Sequence record: JAABUV010019531.1
Strand: one strand, 5' to 3'
DNA length: 5,548 nucleotides
From: a metagenome
Position numbers and translations under genes: made by a program. This document shows, one piece after another, positions 1 to 5,548 of the stretch. Each line of letters begins with the position of its first letter. Position 1 is the first letter of the stretch. The notes below the pieces were generated by a model. It was not told the DNA's origin. It saw only the letters and a list, made by a program, of their open reading frames with translations, and did no database searches.

Positions 1-2
1 AT

Positions 3-131
3 TGGCTAGCAAAGGAGCTGAGTGCAGACATTGCCGTATTTGAGATCCTGGGAGGTGCTACGCTGGTCGGCGTTAGCCAAACGGTTGTGCGTAAGAGTTC
101 GCTCAGCAAGCCTTCGTGGGATGGGAAATGA
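3..131 (+). other. Open frame running off the left edge (42 codons plus TGA at 129-131). It could be the 3' end of an upstream gene or an upstream exon of the 533-1807 gene.
   Basis: Frame 3 translates as WLAKELSADIAVFEILGGATLVGVSQTVVRKSSLSKPSWDGK*, with no internal stop from the window edge. Base composition resembles the downstream CDS more than the intergenic DNA. A GTAAGA splice-donor consensus lies at 91-96. The stretch is too short and unrecognised to call a product. Confidence 0.25.
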
Positions 132-395
132 GGCAGATACATTGGCGCATTCATGTTCAAGTTCTGTCAAAACCTAAACCTTAGGGTTCCCTTTTACTTG
201 ACGCATGTTGTAGAGAGACAACATATGGCAAGCTTCATAGCAAAGCATTAGCGTGGACGGTGGAGAGTAGAGAAGCCTGTATAACAACTGCTTAGAATGC
301 TTAAAGACCGGTTAAGCGGCGGCCGGTATACCTGCTGCGACCACTCAAGAATGCAACCATAACCCATGTGTAGAGAGCTAGCTATGCCACATAGA

Positions 396-403
396 TATAA
401 ATA
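396..403 (+). promoter_or_regulatory. Candidate TATA box (TATAAATA) for the 533-1807 gene, with a CGG-triplet block (CGGCGGCCGG, 317-326) upstream.
   Basis: An exact TATAAATA lies 130 nt upstream of the ATG at 533. A pyrimidine-rich stretch (495-522) lies between the two. CGG/CCG triplets at 317-326 resemble Zn2Cys6 factor half-sites. TATA-like strings are common in AT-rich DNA, so this call rests on position only. Confidence 0.35.
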
Positions 404-532
404 TATCCAGCCCGTCTCCTTCATGCATAAGAATCCTCGATCCCTCACGCGTTCAGTTTGTAACAACTCTACCGCGAACCGCAATCCATTTACTTGTTTC
501 CAATTTCGTCTTCAAATCCTCAAAACGTCAAC

Positions 533-1807
533 ATGGATTCAGTCGTTAATCGCATCTGGGCAGCCATAAAAAGAGAATGTCTGCAAGTCCTAGCAGAAGG
601 CCAGGGTACCCCGCAGCAGATTGACTCGGCATGGCTGGAGAGCTTCGGCGACAAGGCCGTCGCTCCCTGCAAATTGATGGACGCCGAAGGCCTAGACAGC
701 GTTGTCCTTACAGAAGAGAAGTACTCGCAAGACCATGGGTCGCACACTCATATACTGGACTTCCTCAGAAAAGCGTACATTGAGAGAGGCCTCCTGGGAG
801 ACAAGTGCGCGAAAGGCGGCCTCTATCCTCCACCTCGCAAAATAAGCACTCCTACGCTGTACTTCCTCGACATTGCCGGTGAAGCTCTCCACGACATCAC
901 CAAAGCCGGGCGAAGCGGCAGAGTACTTTCCGGCGGCTTCGATGGCCGCCCACTGCGCGTGATCGCCGAGAACCAGCTCGTACCCGACGGCCTCGATATC
1001 TGCCTATCCACTCAGCGCCTCTTCTGGACAAACATGGGCATCCCTGGCGCTGGCAACGGGTACATTAATTCAAGCAAACTCGACGGCTCAGACCTCAGAA
1101 CCATCGTCGCCCCCGGCAGCGGCATGGTCTGCACGCCCAAGCAGCTAACCATCGACCAGACGGCCGACAGACTATACTTCTGCGACCGCGAGGGCCTGAG
1201 CGTCATACGCTGCGCACTCGACGGCTCCGCACTCGAAACCCTCGTGCGCACCGGCGACCCGCAGGTCTTGGCTCACGCGGCAGACCAGAGCAGGTGGTGT
1301 GTCGGCGTTGCCGTGGACCCGACGCGGAACTATCTCTACTGGTCGCAAAAGGGGCCTAGCAAGGGCGGCCGGGGCAGCATCTGTCGTGCGGGTCTGGACA
1401 TGCCTGTCGGCGAAGACCCGGCCGCGCGGTCGGACATCGAGACGCTGTTCCAGGGCCTACCCGAATGCGTGGATCTCGAACTGGACGCAGAGGCGGGCTT
1501 TCTATATTGGGCCGATCGCGGCGAGGTGCCACTAGGAAATAGTATCAATCGCGGGTACGTGGGCCCCGACAGGGAGGCGTATCTGAAGAAGGCGCATCCG
1601 CTGGAGCGAAAGCTTGGCTATGTGGTGCTGGTGAAACAGCTACACGAGGCGATTGGCGTCAGGCTGGACAAGGTTAATGGACATATCTATGTGACGGATC
1701 TTGGCGGAGCGCTTTATCAGTACGGGCTGAATGGGGAAGAGGGCAAGAGGGTGTACGAATACATGGGCGTGTACACGGGACTTGCGGTTGCGCACCATCG
1801 CGATTGA
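533..1807 (+). CDS. Two-domain protein of 424 aa counted from the first ATG. The N-terminal ~100 aa resemble the C-terminal helical domain of 3-hydroxyacyl-CoA dehydrogenase / lambda-crystallin family enzymes. The C-terminal ~320 aa form a six-bladed beta-propeller (YWTD / SGL / NHL-like).
   Basis: One unbroken frame runs from 494 to the TGA at 1805-1807. Codon 494 is TTG (a bacterial-table start), and the first ATG is 533-535 in a good fungal context (CAACATGG). The frame is visibly GC-richer than its flanks and its codons mostly end in G/C. Residues VVNRIWAAIKRECLQVLAEGQGTPQQIDSAW...LMDAEGLD...YIERGLLGDKCAKGGLY follow the pattern of the HADH C-terminal domain: an xNR helix, EG...P..ID, GLD, and G.LG.K...G.Y. 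Six hydrophobic-aromatic motifs then follow, at nt 857 (LYFLD), 1019 (LFWTN), 1172 (LYFCD), 1334 (LYWSQ), 1502 (LYWAD) and 1685 (IYVTD). They are spaced 51-61 aa apart, which is typical of propeller blades. The 5' boundary is uncertain (see findings). Confidence 0.8.
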   Translation: MDSVVNRIWAAIKRECLQVLAEGQGTPQQIDSAWLESFGDKAVAPCKLMDAEGLDSVVLTEEKYSQDHGSHTHILDFLRKAYIERGLLGDKCAKGGLYPPPRKISTPTLYFLDIAGEALHDITKAGRSGRVLSGGFDGRPLRVIAENQLVPDGLDICLSTQRLFWTNMGIPGAGNGYINSSKLDGSDLRTIVAPGSGMVCTPKQLTIDQTADRLYFCDREGLSVIRCALDGSALETLVRTGDPQVLAHAADQSRWCVGVAVDPTRNYLYWSQKGPSKGGRGSICRAGLDMPVGEDPAARSDIETLFQGLPECVDLELDAEAGFLYWADRGEVPLGNSINRGYVGPDREAYLKKAHPLERKLGYVVLVKQLHEAIGVRLDKVNGHIYVTDLGGALYQYGLNGEEGKRVYEYMGVYTGLAVAHHRD

Positions 1808-3355
1808 GTCTTTGTTCGAGCTTCGGCCAGCCACGTGGTTGACGGGAGTAGCCAGACACCTGTAGAATCTATGAGGTCGGGTTGAAAAGTATTCAGAATG
1901 GCCTCCGTACCGAAACTGCACTAGAATATTTAAGATTGTTGACAAAGACAATAATCTTTCAAGTGATTAAACTAACATCATGATCATGAATTTGAGTCAA
2001 CATGAGAATTGAACGATAGTATAATTATGATGTGATGAATTTTTGAATATCTGATGATTATCTAACAAACTACGTTAGCTCTATGAAGGTCAACTGCATA
2101 TTTTGAATAATAAATATTTTAACCTTGTACACAGCTCACCAGATGTTTTTCTGACTCAGACATCGTTGCAAACGATAGCGTGCAATCAATACAAAGAGAA
2201 GAGCAACGTTTGATGCTCGTAACAGATAATCTAAAGGCGGGATGAAGAGCACAGAAATCTCAGTGTCAGTCACAACGCCGAGAGACGAGACTTCGCTGAG
2301 CGTTGATCTCGGACATGCTGATGACGCAGTGCATGAATCAATCATCTGACACATTCTCTTGTAAATGAATTGAGCAAGACTTCTCCGGAATGACAGGTCG
2401 TGATGCTCGATCTTTAACTCAAATCGCGATCGTCGGATCGAACGATGATGCGGATTGAAAGAGGTGTCAAGAGCGGTCTGATCTCAGGGCTCAAGATAAG
2501 GCAGCGTGTTCAGTGTGACACTGATCGAGGTTAACAGAATGGCAGAAAACCGGCGAGGGGATGGAAGGAGTTTATATGTGCAAGATGGAAAAGTAAACTG
2601 GGTTCGTTGGCTGCTCGAGCAAGTCTGTTACCAATGAAAAGCAACGCAGTTTTCAGCCTTTGCTGACTTAGAACTTATTAAGTAGTTTCATTAACGCCCT
2701 CGATATTCAATCAGTGAAGTTCAGAGATGAAGTGCTTTATTCTTTAGAAATAGCTATAACTGAACATTGAGAATACAGAAGAAGAGAGATGCAAGAACTT
2801 CTATTTATGCATCGACAAATGTGTGACTCGCATTTAGCAGAAGCCTCAAAATTTGGCGCAATTGGCGCAATCAGCGATCAGTTAGTTACTCTGCACATCA
2901 CATCAAAATATTTGATCTTTGACACAATTATTTATAACAAACATAATGAATATTCATGGGACACTAGGACACCCGTGAGAGTATCTCACGCACGAAGCTC
3001 CAGCACCTCTATCCTTGTAATATTCAGAGTCTCGAGGGTTGCTCAAGATATAGCGATTGGTAAACCTCTTTAGTAGAACATACGCAGATCTTGTTTTCGT
3101 CTCTGCCTGCTGGGAAAGCCTTCTACGCTTGTCTATTCGGACGCAACTCCTCGTCAACTACAGTACTGCTACTCTTAAGTGTTTTTTTTTAGATTATGGA
3201 ACATAAACGCCAACATCTCATACTATGTGTGATTTTTCACTAACCGTATTACGCTATAAATATATGTGCAATGGGTCCACCTCCATCAAGCCCCTTTTTA
3301 CCTTTAATTCTGTCCACCACCAAGGGGAGGCTATTCGGCTACAAGATCAAGTGAC

Positions 3356-3372
3356 GATCTAGGTCAATATTG
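3356..3372 (+). repeat. Left copy of a short direct repeat, GATCTAGGTCAATATTG.
   Basis: The 13-nt core TAGGTCAATATTG (3360-3372) is identical to 3990-4002. Extended to 17 nt, the two copies match at 16 of 17 positions. Confidence 0.6.
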
Positions 3373-3985
3373 ACTTGGTCCATAAGTTCCATTTTTCCAA
3401 GCCACCTCATCCAAAAAGCCTTCAAACTGAACTGGGGTTATCCCACCCTTCGTTGTGCCAATCCGTCTCATCGTGAAAACCTTACACTCGAAATCAAAGT
3501 CACCGGATTCAGCATTTAATGGAAAACCCTAACTAACCAAAGGACGGCAAGGTGATGATTGGCACACCATCTTTCCTCGTAGTTAGACGGTCAACCTCTT
3601 CCATGTAGATAGACACTTCTTTAATCAAGAATACGAAACTATGTTTACAGCCTGCTATACATGAGATCAGCAAGCGCTTCTCCTCAATCACTTGCATGGG
3701 CTGCACCCATAGTCATCGCATGACAGATGATGTTTTGCAACGCTGCCTATATAGACGGTCTTGTGTATAGAAATCGTACAAATAGCGTCTATTATTATGA
3801 AGTAGCAAATACATCTATACAGGGTGACAATGTAGAGTGTATAGACTCACTCCATGGCGCTTTCGCAGCAGCCATGAAAACATGAATTCTCTTGAGGAAC
3901 GGCCGATATGGCTGGACGTGACAAGGAGCTCAATGCAATGGAGCGGGTCCAGTGCTATCAAGACCTCACGATACTTTCCAATTGT

Positions 3986-4002
3986 GATTTAGGTCAATAT
4001 TG
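3986..4002 (+). repeat. Right copy of the short direct repeat, GATTTAGGTCAATATTG.
   Basis: Same as the left copy. The copies are 630 bp apart in the same orientation. Confidence 0.6.
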
Positions 4003-4436
4003 TCGTTCTCAGGACCTATAAAGAAATTATAAACCCTCTGAATTAATCGTACGAGGTCATGCTCTGTTTTAAATTGTTTCCATGCCTTTCACCTCCTACG
4101 AACATATTGTAAAGCTTGACGTCTTCAGACAATATATTGCTATACTCGTTCTTCTTCCCGACGCCTTCGCCGCCGTCATGCCTCTAGATTAATGTTTTTT
4201 TTTCATTGTTCAAACGAGTGCTTTTCAAATATGTGAGCACCTGTTAGCGGAGATTGAAGTGAGATTCGAGTGACTTAATAGTGCGAGTTTCTTGTTTGAA
4301 ATCGATGATCTGAACCTACCGTGTTCAAAGAAGGGTCGTTCATCAAAGAATATTGGAAAAGACGCTTTTCGTTCGGCCGCGACAGATCCTAATAAATGCG
4401 CTGCCCCTACTAACTAATTGCAAAATATTGATCATC

Positions 4437-4446
4437 TATTTAAAAA
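4437..4446 (+). promoter_or_regulatory. TATA-like element about 30-38 nt upstream of the tRNA 5' end.
   Basis: TATTTAAAAA lies at -38 to -29 relative to tRNA position 1 (4475). Upstream TATA elements assist Pol III transcription of tRNA genes in some fungi and plants. The surrounding DNA is AT-rich, so this could be coincidence. Confidence 0.3.
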
Positions 4447-4481
4447 TGTAAATAGGATCCTGAATCTCATCTCTGGGGATG

Positions 4482-4492
4482 TGGTCTAGTGG
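4482..4492 (+). promoter_or_regulatory. Pol III internal promoter A box.
   Basis: TGGTCTAGTGG compared with consensus TRGCNNAGTGG (one mismatch), at tRNA positions 8-19. Confidence 0.7.
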
Positions 4493-4510
4493 TATGACGG
4501 TTCTTTAGCA

Positions 4511-4531
4511 CCACGCAGAATTGCAACAGCG
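4511..4531 (+). other. tRNA intron (21 nt) at the canonical 37/38 position.
   Basis: There are 28 nt between the two halves of the perfect 5-bp anticodon stem, where a loop needs 7. Removing CCACGCAGAATTGCAACAGCG directly after A37 restores the 7-nt loop TTAGCAT. The intron 5' ACGC (4513-4516) can pair with GCGT (4529-4532, the final T being position 38). Confidence 0.7.
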
Positions 4532-4545
4532 TAGAACAGGTCCGG

Positions 4546-4556
4546 GGTTCAATTCC
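4546..4556 (+). promoter_or_regulatory. Pol III internal promoter B box.
   Basis: GGTTCAATTCC compared with consensus GGTTCGANTCC (one mismatch), spanning the T-arm. Confidence 0.75.
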
Positions 4557-4572
4557 CCGCATCTCCACCAGA

Positions 4573-4579
4573 TTTTTTT
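4573..4579 (+). terminator. Pol III oligo-T terminator (T7), with a backup T5 at 4583-4587.
   Basis: A run of seven T starts 6 nt after the discriminator base. Four or more T is the established Pol III termination signal. Confidence 0.75.
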
Positions 4580-5041
4580 GTATTTTTCTGAACAGTAGTA
4601 GGAGACTGTCTCTAGAGCAACCGACCTAATTGGGTACAGTATTCGTTCCATGTTTATGTTCTGGGTTTGTATTATTCATCGCATTTCTATATTCCATATA
4701 CCATGCCTTAATCCCGACCCAGTGAGCTCTTCGCAATCCATCACTTCTTATAAACTTGATGGAGCAGGTCAGCGGCTGAAGTTAAAATTTACAGGGAGGG
4801 TATTATGATTCTTTGCCATTTCGTTACGGTTTGCCAGCTGCCGCGATTTAGCTATTCGGTCCGGCATCTCAATATATTCAAAAACGCCATCCTATGATTG
4901 CGCATGCCGATAACAAGCCTCTCACCGTCTCACCGTTTAGCCAACCCTCTTTGCTATCCCTTGTCGCCTTCTCGGTCAGGTTTCTTACTAGCTTTGGTAT
5001 CATGAAACAGAGCGTTGGAGTAGTCCATTTTAGGGATCGGT

Positions 5042-5133
5042 AATGACCGTCATTTCGATGGTATGACAAGTCATATAACGTCAAGTCCTGACATGGATCT
5101 GACCTGACAAATGACATGACAGCAGTCTAGTCA
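5042..5133. promoter_or_regulatory. Dense cluster of TGAC/GTCA core motifs, a candidate multi-site transcription-factor binding module.
   Basis: TGAC starts at 5044, 5064, 5089, 5100, 5105, 5112 and 5117. GTCA starts at 5049, 5070, 5080 and 5130. These are arranged as palindrome AATGAC-c-GTCATT (5042-5054), palindrome TATGAC-aa-GTCATA (5062-5075), everted pair GTCA-agtcc-TGAC (5080-5092), and four direct copies TGACcTGACaaaTGACaTGACag (5100-5122). The motif cluster is read directly from the sequence. Any regulatory function is inference. Confidence 0.45.
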
Positions 5134-5502
5134 GATCGGGTTTTGCGCTAATCCTTTCAAGATATAGGCTAGCCAGTTTCGATAGAACATCTTGCAATTT
5201 CCGCCGAATTCTCCCTTTCCTCAATCTTTCTACATCAATCATCACCTCTATTGACTATTATTCCTATTCTATATAAGCACTATGCTATCTGATTCAGCTG
5301 TACACGCCGCGTTCACCGAGTCAATCGTTCCAGGAAGAAGAGAAAGAGTAGTGAAATGCCGCGAGCGTACACTACGAAAGATAGCCCAAACAATGCCTAC
5401 ATACTGAAGAGAAGCTCATAGAGATAGAAGATCAGTGGTTGGAGGAACAAAGTTCGATGTTGGAAGCTCGAGAAAGAGATGAAGAAGAGACGGAAATTAC
5501 AC

Positions 5503-5534
5503 TATAAATTGCTCTGTTTTCTCTGTTTTCTCCG
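5503..5534 (+). promoter_or_regulatory. Candidate core promoter for a + strand gene lying beyond the right edge: TATAAAT followed by a CT-rich block.
   Basis: TATAAAT at 5503-5509 is followed immediately by CTCTGTTTT CTCTGTTTT CTCC (5512-5533). A pyrimidine-rich tract downstream of a TATA box is a common arrangement at fungal transcription starts. No ORF is visible because the window ends at 5548. Confidence 0.25.
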
Positions 5535-5548
5535 GGTTCTCAGGCGTC

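Larger units (their letters stand above)
4475..4567 (+). tRNA. tRNA with anticodon AGC (Ala by anticodon), 72-nt mature body plus a 21-nt intron.
   Basis: The cloverleaf was folded by hand. Acceptor stem GGGGATG (4475-4481) pairs with CATCTCC (4560-4566), including G3:T70, and the discriminator is A (4567). D-stem GTC (4484-4486) pairs with GAC (4496-4498), with a T13:T22 mismatch (4487/4495) and loop AGTGGTA. Anticodon stem GTTCT (4500-4504) pairs perfectly with AGAAC (4533-4537). The loop reads TT-AGC-A, with the anticodon at 4507-4509. The variable region is AGGTC. T-stem CGGGG (4543-4547) pairs with CCCCG (4555-4559) around loop TTCAATT. G3:U70 and A73 are the established alanine identity elements. 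Confidence 0.85.

Noticed and set aside
171-188. Telomere-like units (TTAGGG at 181-186, and CCCTAA at 3527-3532).
   Set aside because: These are single isolated hexamers, not tandem arrays, and are expected by chance.
205-224. Short hairpins: ATGTTGT-agagag-ACAACAT (205-224) and CGTGAGA-gta-TCTCACG (2974-2990).
   Set aside because: Seven-bp stems occur by chance several times in 5.5 kb. There is no flanking context, such as a terminator or a known RNA, to give them meaning.
494-532. The supplied ORF begins at 494, adding 13 residues (MFPISSSNPQNVN).
   Set aside because: Positions 494-496 are TTG, a start only under a bacterial translation table. In a eukaryotic context the first usable start is ATG 533. 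An in-frame TAA sits at 461-463.
248-569. Short ORFs 248-484 (-) and 366-569 (+) upstream of the CDS.
   Set aside because: They are 67-78 aa with no recognisable motifs. They overlap the candidate promoter and leader, and one overlaps the real CDS out of frame.
1839-1844. CACGTG E-box just downstream of the CDS stop, and TGACGTC at 4118-4124.
   Set aside because: These are single occurrences of 6-7-mers, which are expected about once per window by chance. Their positions are not informative.
520-1951. Eight ORFs of 61-103 aa overlapping the main CDS (520-747, 692-892, 823-1011, 1012-1251, 1336-1548, 1640-1951 and 1674-1859 on the minus strand; 1299-1535 on the plus strand).
   Set aside because: These are typical shadow frames of a GC-rich coding region. 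Their sequences are Arg/Ser/Pro/Ala-rich and low in complexity, none shows family motifs, and all are nested in a much longer, well-structured ORF.
2027-2060. C/D-box snoRNA-like motifs (GTGATGA at 2032-2038 and CTGATGA at 2051-2057).
   Set aside because: There is no terminal stem bringing a C box and a D box together, no clear D box at a suitable distance, and no identifiable guide complementarity. UGAUGA-like strings are expected in AT-rich sequence.
1940-2130. AT-rich tract as a possible RIP-mutated transposon relic.
   Set aside because: CpA and TpG dinucleotides, which RIP depletes, are abundant here (catcatgatcatga, tgatgtgatga, caacatgag). No transposon protein remnants were seen. A formal RIP index was not computed.
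2853-2870. Small tandem duplications: TTGGCGCAA x2 (2853-2870), GAGATTGAAGT/GAGATTCGAGT (4250-4271), CTCACCGT x2 (4921-4936).
   Set aside because: Two-copy microduplications of 8-11 bp are common replication-slippage products. They do not form arrays and there is no spacer structure, so this is not CRISPR or a minisatellite.
2136-3157. ORFs 2136-2354 (-), 2789-3073 (+) and 2954-3157 (-).
   Set aside because: All are under 100 aa, AT-rich, partly mutually overlapping, and lack recognisable motifs. They are consistent with random open frames.
3255-3262. Additional TATA consensus strings (TATAAATA at 3255-3262 and TATATAAG at 5270-5277), each followed closely by an ATG.
   Set aside because: The following ORFs are only 27 and 41 codons, and the ATGs lie within about 10 nt of the TATA, too close for a transcription start. 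TATA-like strings are frequent in AT-rich DNA.
3364-3697. Two adjacent minus-strand open frames of about 54 codons each (3697-3536, then 3528-3367), offset by one base. Together they could be read as a frameshifted pseudogene (...DGVPIITLPSFG / GFPLNAESGDFDFECKVF...).
   Set aside because: With a stop frequency near 1 in 18 codons, roughly 20 open stretches of 54 or more codons are expected across six frames of 3.7 kb. I recognise no family in either peptide. The gap between the frames is too short for an intron, and upstream ATGs give only short peptides.
4878-5117. A 79-aa minus-strand ORF.
   Set aside because: Its first 25 or so codons are simply the TGAC/GTCA motif array read as protein. 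It has no recognisable domain, signal peptide or convincing promoter, and its length is within chance expectation.
1-5548. A prokaryotic defence island, operon or CRISPR array, as hinted by the task framing.
   Set aside because: There are no repeat-spacer arrays and no tightly packed co-directional ORFs. The only long ORF has a eukaryotic-type domain composition. The tRNA has a eukaryotic-style intron and an oligo-T terminator.

Overview
The window reads as eukaryotic nuclear DNA, most plausibly from a filamentous fungus, rather than a prokaryotic locus. Coding density is low. There is a tRNA gene with a canonical 37/38 intron, internal A and B boxes and an oligo-T Pol III terminator, plus TATA-type promoter elements and no operon structure. 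I can support two genes. (1) A GC-richer, uninterrupted + strand coding region at 533-1807. The supplied ORF begins at 494, but that codon is TTG. The product combines a 3-hydroxyacyl-CoA dehydrogenase (HADH)/lambda-crystallin-type C-terminal helical domain with a six-bladed beta-propeller. (2) An intron-containing tRNA with anticodon AGC (Ala) at 4475-4567. The remaining ~3.7 kb (1808-4474 and 4580-5548) is AT-richer, dense in stop codons, and has no recognisable protein gene, transposase, rRNA or CRISPR. I did not find a convincing novel multi-gene system and do not want to overstate this. Four items deserve a second look. First, the dehydrogenase C-domain appears without its Rossmann domain and is fused to a propeller, and its 5' gene structure is unresolved. 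Second, there is a very dense cluster of eleven TGAC/GTCA cores, including spaced palindromes, at 5042-5133. Third, the tRNA has an AGC anticodon plus an intron, and its D-arm is not the one I associate with tRNA-Ala. Fourth, there is an ORF-free tract upstream of the tRNA. All homology statements come from reading motifs by eye. No searches were run.
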